A stretch of 64,000 bases of DNA from Callorhinchus milii (Eukaryota). The stretch spans positions 3,658,001 through 3,722,000 of the forward strand of contig NW_024704766.1 of NCBI RefSeq assembly GCF_018977255.1. Reading direction: 5' to 3'. This document shows, in pieces, positions 1 to 10,727 of the stretch. Below the pieces are notes generated by a model, which saw nothing but the letters and a program-made list of their open reading frames with translations, ran no database searches and was not told the origin of the DNA. The position numbers and the translations under genes are program-made. Within the stretch, counting starts at the first letter, position 1. Each line of letters begins with the position of its first letter.

Positions 1-1295
1 CAACTTGTTGATGCTGCTCCAAATTGCTTGGGAGTCATCAACCTGATAAAGGAGGGGAGAGGACAAAATGGAAATTTTTATATTACTTGATGAAGATAGG
101 TGTTCCGCATATGTCAGACACCCGGTTGAACCCCCAAAAATTATAATTCTATTATAATTTCAGAGCATTATGAAGAGCAAGCAAAAAAAATGAAGATATT
201 TCTTCAAATCTAGTTTACTTTTGGGTTAATTTTTTTTTAAAACTCAAGCCTTCCCTCCCCCTCGCTCTCTGTCAGATATTTAACATCCAACTAACTAACG
301 GGAGGATTATTGCCTCCAGGGTTTGAGGTCAGGAAATTCCTGAACCTAAGCAAGCAGTCGCATTCTGGAGGTAAGTGGGGCTGAGAGACTGTGTCAAACA
401 CTGAGCTGGTGCAACCACTAACAATATAATGGAGTAGACCTCTGCAGGTTGCTAACTGGTATTCAGGCTTGAAAACCAGCCTGATTACTTTCCTGTATGG
501 AATTTACAGTTAAAATGTACAGAAATGCACACCAGGTTCAAGCAACGAATTCCAATGTACCAAATCACTTCCTGTTCCTGAACATTAGATAGAATTCCCA
601 ATCCAGGTTTAAATACACAATCCTGGGCCAAAGCGAAAGATGACCCAGTTATTTATCATTCGTTTAATATTCAATGCCTCTGTCTGTCGTCAGAATTCAG
701 CTCACGTTGTTACGTCCGGTTCATACTTAAATCCATTGCACGTTGGCGCAGTTCTGTGTGTCATTGAGTTTTCTGAGGTCCGAGATTCCATTACGGAATG
801 ATTCAGGAGATCTCGGGGTACAAATATTGCACATCGATCATTTTTATAAGCACTTTATGAAAAACTCTAATCCAAGCATAACATTTTTTGGCAAATGAGT
901 TAATAAAAGTTCAACTATATTGTAATTCAAATCATATGGTTGACTAGACTGGTGGCCAATCTAGCTTTCCTTATGTTTTATCATATCTAAAGAAATGGTA
1001 CATTTACTAATTTGAGTTTCCTGAATTGTGATGGGGTGAATGCATCTGGGAGCTTCCCGTTACATTTTATCCCAGGGGTGTCTTTAAGTGTAAAACTAAT
1101 CGAAATCCTTACATTTGATGCATTGCTTTATCACGTCAAAACATTTCAAAAGCACTTCACGCAGGTCTATCTTGTTTGGAGCTGCATCTTAATTGCCCTC
1201 CTTGAGAACGAAAAGCAAACCCAAGTGGGTAACTATCAGGAATGAAAGAAAAGATTCAGCTGAATGAAATGGCATGCCAACTCTCTCCTGACAGG

Positions 1296-1485
1296 AAAAC
1301 AACAACAAATTACTTTCATATAGCGCCTTTCATGTCAGGAGGACATCCCAAGGCGCTGGACAGTCAGGGATTCTGCACCCGAGCTGGTGGTTGGGATCAG
1401 AAGGGGTGGAGGGTGGGGAGAGTAGGGATAGGAGGGTGATTGAAGGCCCAGTCGAAGAGGAGGGTCTTGAGAGGGGTCTTGAAGG
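1296..1485 (-). mobile_element. L2-clade LINE 3' end fragment
   Basis: The minus strand reads ...TTCAAGACCCCTCTCAAGACCCTCCTCTTCGAC... (FKTPLKTLLF, L2 ORF2 C-terminal motif). It ends in CAGCGCCTTGGGATGTCCTCCTGACATGAAAGGCGCTAT and a (TTG)n tail. Confidence 0.8.
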
Positions 1486-2039
1486 ACACCACCGGGCTAT
1501 ACAATAATACAATTTATACTTAGTTAGAGCCTTTCACATTGAAAGGGCCCCTCAAAGTGCTTCACAGCGCTGGTTGGGCACCTGAGCTGGGGGGTAGGAG
1601 TCAATGGGGGTGGGCTCTAAAGCAGATGGGGAACGAGGTGCCTGCTGTTTAAAAGCAAAACTGAACTCTTTCATTTTTCAATTGAACAATTTTAAAGGCA
1701 GTTCAAAGTCGATTCCCAAATCGTTTTAATGCCCGTGTGTTATTTCAACCATTTTGGTTTTGTTTTCCGCACTCCGGGGTTTGTGATTTTACAAGTGGAA
1801 CTATTAGCGGCAACGGGTAGAGAAAGGAAGAGTAGAATTGAGATGTCTCTCCCCTCTCACACCCATCTGTACTCCATTAACCATTTAAAGAGTAAGTGAT
1901 CAATGCTGCTCGGCCTTCCATGTAACTGTGAAAGGCTAAAGTACCTACAGCTTCCTAATTATGCTCAAGTGTAAGGATATGCTAGAATTGGAAGTCAGGA
2001 AGGTCTTGAATTTTAATTTAATAAAGGAAACATAGAAGA

Positions 2040-2135
2040 ACTGGCGAGTATAGTAGATTAACACACTGCCCTTTCATCTCTGGCATCTGGATTCTAATCC
2101 ACCGCAGACTGGTGGGGTGAATATCTCTCTCTGTC
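2040..2135 (+). mobile_element. LF-SINE-like tRNA-derived head, degenerate
   Basis: ACTGCCCTTTCATCTCTGGCATCTGGATTCTAATCCACCGCAGACTGGTGGGGTGAA resembles the LF-SINE head as I recall it (GCCTTTCACCTCT...GGGTTCGAATCCAGCCCAG). Confidence 0.5.
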
Positions 2136-2374
2136 TCTCTCAGTCTCTCCCCTGGCCAAGTTACCAAAGACAACTGAATTTAAACAGTTTTAACTGACGA
2201 TCCAATTTGGTATGTGCCTTAAATAGAAATTCAACAAATTCAGTCGGTATTAAACTGATACTCTCATTTTGAGAATGAGAATTAAGCGCTCTGGGACTCT
2301 ATATAAATAAAGGGCGTTATATAGCAAGAGAGGAGACACATTCAAAATTGAGTGAGCAATTTTACGTGTTATAG

Positions 2375-2632
2375 TAATAATATTGTTGGTCAGGACATGG
2401 GGAGAAACTCCCTTCTCTTTTTTGATTACTGCCACGTGATCTTTAACATCCATCTGAACAGGCGGACAGGACCTTGCTTTAACATTTCATCCAGAATGGC
2501 ACCTTCAACAATGCAGCACACCTTCAAGTACTTCTTTGGAGTGCGACCTGGACTATAGGAGTTCAAAGCCCCAATATGGAGGGATTGTACTCACCACCTT
2601 CTGATTCATCCAGCAACCGAACTGGGCTGACA
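2375..2632 (-). mobile_element. Old DeuSINE (SacSINE1-like) fragment
   Basis: Reverse complement of the head and body seen at 6535-6975 (GATCTTTAACATCCATCTGAACAGGCGGACAGG...CACCTTCTGATTCA). Confidence 0.7.
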
Positions 2633-4834
2633 CATAACTTGTCTTGCTGAAGGCTGAACATAATAAGACGTTGAACATCTTAATAATGAGTGCTGAAGGA
2701 TATGAAAGACAGAGGCTTGATAGGGCAGGGCAGTGGGATTGAATGAACACCTTGCTCTGAAAGGCTTGGTTGTGCTGTAAAATTCTTTGATGCTACGATT
2801 CAATGCCATTTACCTGTCAATTGACCATATCCCTGCAAATTACTTCTTTTTAGATAATCCTTTGACCTGAGTTGCAATTCCATTCCCTACAAAATAAAAA
2901 AAACATATATTATTTTGAGAGATATACTGACCACAACTAAAACACACAGAGCGTGTTTAGTAAAATAATATAATTTCACAGTGCCCCAATGAACCATAGC
3001 ATGACCTGCCCCCACTTTCCTTTCCAATTTATCATTATTGCAACTATAATGCAAATAAATCACCTAATCTCAGTCAGCCATAACTTCCATTGTTGTTTAA
3101 CAAGACAGGGAGTTGAAGGGGTTTAATATTCTTGTGAAAGAAGTAGTTGAATGGCTTGTGACATGTTGCGGAACTGCTCAGAACTGCTCAGTATTACCAA
3201 TCTAGCAGTATACATTAGTGGAGCCAGCCATCTTGAGGCTCTGGTTTATGACTGGAAACCTCAGCTTATTAATAATAATGTTGGACAAGTAAACATTTAG
3301 TGATATCTGCAGTTAAACTGGGTCGCTCTCTGATTGGAAGGACACATCTGGAGATGTGTTGGGCATGGCTGTTTCTAATAACAGGGAGAGTAAAACTACA
3401 GGGATCTACCTTTAATTTGTTTTAATATCACTGAAAGAGAGCCCAAAGTGAGCAGAGCAAAGGGACTCGATTTTAACGATCTGGAAACAAAACGGATGTC
3501 GGTAAAATTAACAACAGCAGCAGAAGGCAGCACTATATATGCTCTTATAGTTTAATTACTTGTTCTCTTTTGGTCGGCACTGAAATCTGAAATTATTAAA
3601 ACTATTTGACCAACGCGAGGCAAGTCAGTCTCTTTGTTTCTGCTGCAGTTCCTTAACTGATCAGATTTGTCCCCATTGAGCAAAAGGATGTGCAAAACTG
3701 CTTCCCATTCTCTTCCCCTCCCCCAATTTTAGAAAATACGTGCAAATATTTCTCTAAAACGTCAGTCAAGAGACGAAACTCTGTCACTGTTAAATGCTCC
3801 GAGATGCTACCTCATGTGAAGAACGCTATATAAATGCCAGGTGTTGTAACTCTGTACGCCACAAACATCCAACTTATAATATTGATAATGATAATAATAA
3901 TCCTTGGTTTTCTTAGTCTTTTTCAAGTCAGGAGGACTTCACAGGATTTACTGTGACTGTGTATTGAGTGGATGAATGTGGCAGCTCAATTCTGTATCTT
4001 ATCGTCCCACAAAAGCCGTGAAATGAATGACCATGTTTATTTGGGGGGCTTTTGGCCAAGATGCTGGGAGAAACATGATCAAAGTATCATTGAACAGTGT
4101 CTGAGCTGATGGGAGGTCGGTAGTTTTCGAGAAGCTGTCTCAAATTCCTCAGCGTCAGTTCAAACTCAAGTGAAATTGACACATCCGCGTGAGCTGTACT
4201 GTAAAGTGATAAAGAAAGAAACAACTCACAATTTTATAGCACTCCATCGTGATGGAATGTGTCAAATCACCTCCATAGTAAAGCCACACACCACAAGGCA
4301 AGTGATGAAATCATCGGATCCAAATGGTTCAGTATTGCCAGAGGGCTGGAAAAGCTAAAGCGCCCCGTGCATTCGGTATTTCAGTGTGTAAATAAGTGCC
4401 AAGGTGCCAAATGTCCCTGATCTCTCATCAACACCTTGATGGTTCAAAGAACTCCCCCTGTGCAGCAGCAACAAAAGAGCTGGGATATATATAAATAAGC
4501 CAGTCAGGAATCTCCGGAAGTAATTAACAGCGCCTCTCTTTTATGTGGAATATTAAACAATTAAACACAAGAAGTCAGTTAACTAGTGCAAAGGATTGGC
4601 AATAACCTGAAGTCTAGCCATATGGACTTCCTTCAAACTCTGAGGAGTCACAGGTAACGGAAACAAACTGGGTAAATTGTGCAACTTGCAAAAGACGCAA
4701 TCGCTAACAAAAAACACAAGTGACGTGTCGCTATGATATTATTTTCAAAAATAACTATTCACACCTTTGATATTATCAATGTGGAATGTTCTCACCTTAT
4801 TATACAGACGAAAAAGATCTAGTACTTGGGTCTA

Positions 4835-4929
4835 TAATGATAATAATCCTCGCATTTGATATAGTGCCTTATCACGTCTTTGAGACGTCTCAAAGCGCTT
4901 CACAGAATATACCGTAAAGTGAATTGACT
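4835..4929 (-). mobile_element. tRNA-Deu-L2 SINE 3' fragment
   Basis: TAATAATCCTCGCATTTGATATAGTGCCTTATCACGTCTTTGAGACGTCTCAAAGCGCTTCACAG is the reverse complement of the family tail. Confidence 0.85.
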
Positions 4930-4969
4930 AGAACCCTTACAAACTTATATCCGGGGAATCCTCTCAGTT

Positions 4970-5262
4970 ATTTTATGCAGAAAGCAATGTCCCAAAAACA
5001 GCCATTAAGTAAATGATCAATTTTGTCTGGAGGATTGTTGGCCAGGACACCGGGAGAAACTTACTTCTCTGTTCGAAAAATGCTCTTTAATGTCTGTCAG
5101 AAGAGGCAGATAAGACCTTGAGTTTAACGACTAATACAAGGGACGGCACCTCGGACAATCCCCGAGCACCACACTGTAGCATAGACAGTGGCTCAGGTGG
5201 AAGCTCGTTGAACCCACAATGTTCTGACACTTGGGCAAGAGGGCTACCGCCTGAGCCAGGCT
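4970..5262 (-). mobile_element. Old DeuSINE (SacSINE1-like)
   Basis: Contains GGATTGTTGGCCAGGACACCGGGAGAAAC... and TTGAACCCACAATGTTCTGAC...GCTACCGCCTGAGCCAGGCTG (reverse-complemented tRNA head). Confidence 0.7.
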
Positions 5263-5303
5263 GCCACCAGGGTGTATTACAGACTGGTAGCTTTTTTCAA
5301 GTA

Positions 5304-5715
5304 AAATCATAGAATATTACAACACAGATGGAGGCCATTCGGCCCATCATCTCTGTGCTGGCTCTTTGGAAGAGCTACCCAATCAGTCCCATGCCCCCCT
5401 CCCCCTCACTCTTTTCCCATGTCCTTGCAAATTTTCCCTCTTCAAGTTCCGAATGGCCTCCTTCTGTGCCGTAACATTCTATGAAGTTCATCCCAATTCC
5501 CTTTTGAAAGTTGTTATTGAATCCGTTTCCACCAGCCTTTCAGGCAGCGCCTTCCAGACCGTAACAACTCTCTGTGTAAAAACATTTCTCCTTATCTACC
5601 CTCTGGGTTCTTTTGCCAATTATCTCTGGCCCCTGGTTACCGATCCACCTGCCAGTGGAAATCATTTCTCCCTATCTACTCTATTAAAAAAAAACTCATA
5701 ATTTTGAACATGTAT
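5304..5715 (-). mobile_element. CR1 LINE 3' end with a nested 34-bp CR1 tail insertion
   Basis: The CR1 3' terminus (ATTCTATG repeat, AATGGCCTCC) and the ORF2 C-terminal motif FFTQRVVTVWKALP are on the minus strand. Confidence 0.85.
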
Positions 5716-6534
5716 CAGGAATATATTTGCATCTAAGAAACTTTAATTAAATGCCTGGTTCTTTATCCTTTTGAGTCCATTTTAACAGGAGGAAAATTTA
5801 AAGTGACAAATATTCTAAAAGCAAACGAGGTACAGGCTTAAAATAATTTTGCTCAAATGGCTTACTTTCCATCCCTAGAAGCCAAAGGGCAGGCAGACTT
5901 TATTTTTAAGTAGAAAACAGTCGACATATTTAATAATGCAGCAAATGGAAACTTTGAAAGCAATTTGGAAGGTGCCAATACATTTCTGATATTTTCCTTT
6001 TCTTTCTCTCGCCAGTTTTCTCCCCTTATTCTCTCCTCTCCGAAGGCACTTGACTCCTTTTTTTCTCCTTCCGTGCGGTTCGGGTTCCATGGGTGCTGGC
6101 TGACCAGCCTCTGGTACCTTGGCCCAGAAGCAATCATTTATCCAGTAGGATTGAGAGTGAGTGTTGGCTGCCTGTTCAACCATGGTCAAGGTTAAGCCTA
6201 TCCTGGTAGACAGACAATTTCATCCACAAAATACACACTTTAGATTCACTTTAGAGGATATTCCGTGAAGCGCTTTGTGACGTCTCAAAGGCGTCCATAT
6301 CAATTGGAAGGATTATTATTATAGAACAACTTGCCTCCAAAGTTGAGACTGTATTCTACAATCTGCTGAATTGTGTCACCGGTAGCATTCTTGCTTCTGA
6401 GTCAGAAGGATGTGAATTCAGCTGTAGTTCATGTCTAACCACCAAACCCAATGCAAGGCTAGAAGCATAAGCAGCTGGAGCAAAGCCACTCCTCCGTGAG
6501 AAGGTCACTGTGCTGAATCCAATTACATTTATCC

Positions 6535-6975
6535 TTACTTAGTTGGTAGCACTCTCACCTCTGAGTCAGAAGGTTGTGGGTTCAAGCCCCACATTGGAAC
6601 GTGGAACCCATGTAGTCTAAGCTGACTCTCCAATGCAGTATTGGGGTCCGCGGACTGCATTGTGAAGATGCCATCCTTCAGATGAGCAGTTAACCGAGGT
6701 CCTCTCTGCCTGTTTCAGGTGAACGTTTAAGATTCCCACAGCTTGACTCAAAATGAGAAGGCAGTTTCTCTCTCCCAGTGTCCTGACCAACAATCCCACA
6801 AATAACATTGGTCACTAACTCTATGGCTTGTGGGATATTGTTTTTGTGCAAATTGGCTGCCGCGTTTCGCCCACAAAATACATAGTCGATCTGCTTTACA
6901 ATATATCCTTTGAAGTGCCTTGAGATGCCACGATAGGCCCTATATCAAATGCAAGGATTATTATTATTATTTATT
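6535..6975 (+). mobile_element. Near full-length old DeuSINE (SacSINE1-like)
   Basis: tRNA head AGTTGGTAGCACTCTCACCTCTGAGTCAGAAGGTTGTGGGTTCAAGCCCCAC, Deu core (GTGCAAATTGGCTGCCGCGTTTC) and L2-type tail ending in (TTA)n. Confidence 0.85.
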
Positions 6976-8325
6976 ATACCAGTCTGTAACTCTTCCTTAT
7001 TCAAATAATGAATACATTTGAGTGAAAATTTATTTTGTGTCTCTAGCCACAATTTATTTTTAAGTAACAGTAAATCCTACCTCTCAGATACATTCTCTCT
7101 TCTCATATACCACAGACATGATTTTAGATTTCTTCCTCATAATCTATTAAAGCCTTTGAGCAAAGTTTCATATTGTATTTTAATTAATCGTCCTGGACAG
7201 TTTACTTTGAATAGCAAACAGATGTAGATTTTAATCCAAAATCATTTTCGTTTTCTGCAGTACAACCCAGAGACTCTTATCCTAGATCTTACTCAGCCTT
7301 TAAAGATCTATTGGATATTATGTACCAGTTAAGAAAAATTTAATCTGTTTAACCTGATATCGCAATGGATTAAATTTAGTTTCAGTCACTACACAGCTAC
7401 CCATTGATAGTAGGGTGCATGTATTAACTTGCTCAATGAATGATACAAGAAAATATGTTATATTATAGTTAATCTGTAATATATTTACAGATTTTTACTG
7501 TTATGTTAGATTATGTCGTAATATAATATGTCTTACAATGTCTATTATGATGTGATATTCAGGAACGCATGCATTGGATTGTTCTGTATTATGTTTGGTT
7601 ATATTAAATTAAAACACATCACTTTATGCTTTGTTATGTCTACTTTAGGTCATGTTAAATTATTTTTTAAAGTGGTTATGTTGCTTCAGAGACTTGGTAG
7701 GACACTGTTAATTGCCTAGTTAGGGAACCCATGACATTACACATAAAATATCTGATTCATGTATTGTGATTTGGACTGTATAGTATATATGGAAATTAAC
7801 CCATGGTCACGTGGTAATTAACAGAGAGAGACTCCTTGACTCCTCTGTGAACAACAGTATATCCAAACCGTCACCTCTTCAGATGAACTCGTTATTTTTT
7901 ACGGCGCTTCATTAATACTTTGGATGACTGGCTCCAAAGTAGGGAGTGCTTGACAGGAAATCCCTTCTGTTAGCAATTATATCACATGTCGGGAAGAAGC
8001 CACTAAGGTCTCCAAACACAAGATAATCCACAAACAGTTTAAGGCACTGGCTGGATTGAAACAGCGGGGATCAAACCAAACCTCCTATGGTGGCAGCAAT
8101 CTTTCCATCCAGACCTTGACCTACTTATGTTCACGGTTGTGTTTTTGTGGATATTGAAGGAGCTCCATTAACATAGCGATCGACAACAGTTCCTAATTAA
8201 CGCTGAATGGATAGAGCACACCTACCAAATGTTTGAGTCGGCTGTGGAGCCCAACATATAGCCAAGGAGCAATCCCTTAGTGTTAGCAAAAGTGGCCCTG
8301 CATTTGTCAAGAAAAACTATTTTGA

Positions 8326-8575
8326 GGAAACCATTTTGCAGCATTTCATATTGGGTTTCTTATTGGGTTTCTTAACTAAGAAATCTGTTAGGCAATAGTG
8401 CCCAATTCATCCCTCTGTTTCTTAATTAGGAAATTAGCGTGGGGGCACAGGAAGCATTTCAAAATTGTCGTTCCAAAAATGAATTGGTTCGGACTGACAC
8501 TCCTACCTGTTGGTGGCATGGATTTCTGACCTGCTTAATTAAGAAACCGGTTAAGAAATACCACATAATTGACCC
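8326..8575. mobile_element. Degenerate MITE, same family as 27257-27461
   Basis: Imperfect terminal inverted repeats: left TTTTGCAGCATTTC...GGTTTCTTAACTAAG, right CTTAATTAAGAAACCGGTTAAGAAATACCACATAATTGACCC. Confidence 0.6.
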
Positions 8576-8872
8576 AGGATTATTTTAGCCATGTTTATTC
8601 CTCAGGCATTTTCTTTTCTTTGCAACTCAGACTTTGAACGCTTGGCAACATTGATGGGGACAAAAGTGCAATGTCTGGATGTGCTAATTATCACAGGTGA
8701 TAATTATTACACTGACCAAAATTGCAATCAAATGCAGTCGATAGTTATTGGTAAGCTGTAAACTGCGGGGGTTGAAACGGGCCAAGGGGAAGTTGAAAGA
8801 GATCTAGAGGTATGAGATTGCTCACACTGTTCAGATAATATGAGGCAACAATAAGCAAAACAACTTGTAAAC

Positions 8873-9008
8873 TAGTGTATTGGTTAGAGCACTTACCCGG
8901 GTTCGATTCTTGGGCAGGGCAACAACTTAGGCAAGTTTCCTTACTCCACACGTCTCTGTTTACCACACAGTAAGTAGGAATCCAGTTATTAATCAACCGG
9001 TGGATTGC
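8873..9008 (+). mobile_element. tRNA-Deu-L2 SINE 5' fragment
   Basis: TGGTTAGAGCAC...GGGTTCGATTC...GGCAAGTTTCCTTACTCCACACG matches the family head. Confidence 0.75.
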
Positions 9009-9149
9009 AAGATCGAAAGACTTTAGAGGTTAGAAAATTAAAAGATTAAACTCACGAGTAAGTGAATTAGCAACAGGGCAGAGATAAGCACTAAGAGAAC
9101 AGTTTTGCTTCTCTTAACTACTCCAGTGACAGGATGACGCTTATGTTTT

Positions 9150-9385
9150 AAATGTTTTCACACAGAAGGTTTTTAGAGCAAGTAGCTTTTATGGATGAGA
9201 CTCTTACGGCATTTCAATATTTGAGGGGGAACAATATAAAAGGCTATGTGGGTAGGACAAGTTTGCAGGGCTTTGGGGAGAGTGCGGGGGAGTGGGATTC
9301 ATTTGGATAGCTCTTTTCAAAGACCCGGGACAGACACGATGGACTGATTGGTTTCCTTCTGTGCTGTTATGATTCTATGATTCTG
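9150..9385 (+). mobile_element. CR1 LINE 3' end(s)
   Basis: TTTTCACACAGAAGG..., then GGGGGAGTGGGATT...GGATAGCTCTTTTCAAAGA...CCTTCTGTGCTGTTATGATTCTATGATTCTGTG. Confidence 0.8.
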
Positions 9386-10228
9386 TGATGTGAAAGGAGC
9401 AGCGAATGGGATTAGAATAGTCAGCTCCAGTGGGGGAGTTGGCACTAACACAGGTTCAATGGGTTGAATGGCCTGTATTGTAATTTTTATAATTCCATTG
9501 GGAAGAACTTCCTTCTGGGTCTAGATTTACCCAAGTTACGTAGCATTTTATAGTGTCCAAATTCTCAAATACAACCTTAATTCTGAAGCCAGTTTTCTGC
9601 AAGTTTCTTTTTTAAAATAAAAACTGCAGAAGACCGACTTCAAAGTTAAGACTGCATGCAATGATTCAGGACCTTTTAAGCGCGTTTTAAAACACTGTGA
9701 AAAAAAAACAGAGTAAATCTGGAACCCAGGCGAAATTTCTTCCAGTGGGTTTCCGACAGATGATACCGAATCTTCAAACCTCCAATCTTCAAAGCGTATT
9801 GAAGGTAAAATTAACATTAAAAAATAAAGAGAAATAAATGGCAGCAAATTAGGAAGAAAGAGTGATGAAAAACTGCAGTTTGAGTTTGGTTTTATTTGTT
9901 CTTAAAAACCATTGTGATCCCTGACACTGGCAGAGGCCCCTTTCTGTGTAAGTAAATAAGGCTTTTTCTGTCATTAAAACAGAGCGATTTAATTAAACGC
10001 AGATGCAAGCAAATAAGGAACAAGAATATCGAAAATATTTTGTAATACATACACTTTTGTCCGTAGGGGGAAAAAAAGGAGTATTTGGGTCCTTGGGAAA
10101 ATAAGTCTGGGTTCTTGAATGGAAACAGATGCAAATCAGCTGACTAGGAATACAACAGTGTTCTTTACCCTGTGCCTACACTTCATGTCATTCAGGTGCT
10201 TTCAATAATACTACTATTATTACTATAC

Positions 10229-10400
10229 TAATAATAATCCTTGCATTTGATATAGCTCCTTATCACGTCTTCGAGATCTCTCAAACCGCTGCACGGAATA
10301 TACTGTAAAATTAATTGACTGTGTATTTTGTGGGCGAAACTCGGCAGCCAAATTTGCACACCAGCGTCCTCCAAACTCTTGCAGATTGAGTGACCACATA
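10229..10400 (-). mobile_element. tRNA-Deu-L2 SINE, 5'-truncated
   Basis: Reverse complement of the Deu core plus the (TTA)n tail. Confidence 0.85.
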
Positions 10401-10616
10401 TTATTTTTTTATGCATTAGTCTTGCTCGAAGTTTGCTGCCCCTGATGCATTTAACCTCCATGTATAAATAATTTGTATTATTTAAATAATAAATAAATAA
10501 CCTTATTATAATCTACACAAAATGAGAAGGGAGCTGCTAAGTTGGGAGAGTGTGAAAAGTTAGAAGGGGTAGGGTGAGGTAAGTCAGTGGAGGTATTTAA
10601 ATGTTTGACGATGATC

Positions 10617-10727
10617 ATTTCGCCCACAAAAATACAATCAATTTACAGTATATTCTGTGAAGCGCTTTGAGACGTCTCAAAGATGTGATAAGACGCTGTA
10701 TCAAATGCAAGGATTATCATTATTATC
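10617..10727 (+). mobile_element. tRNA-Deu-L2 SINE 3' fragment
   Basis: TTTCGCCCACAAAA...GAGACGTCTCAAAGATGTGATAAG...CAAATGCAAGGATTAT. Confidence 0.85.

Noticed and set aside
4318-4706. WW-like LPEGWK and zinc-finger-like WVNCATCKR peptides
   Set aside because: Both are isolated short motifs followed closely by stops, with no supporting domain context.
8005-8158. Possible DIRS tyrosine recombinase relic (KALAGLKQR...LTYLCSRL)
   Set aside because: The similarity is too weak and no catalytic motifs are visible.
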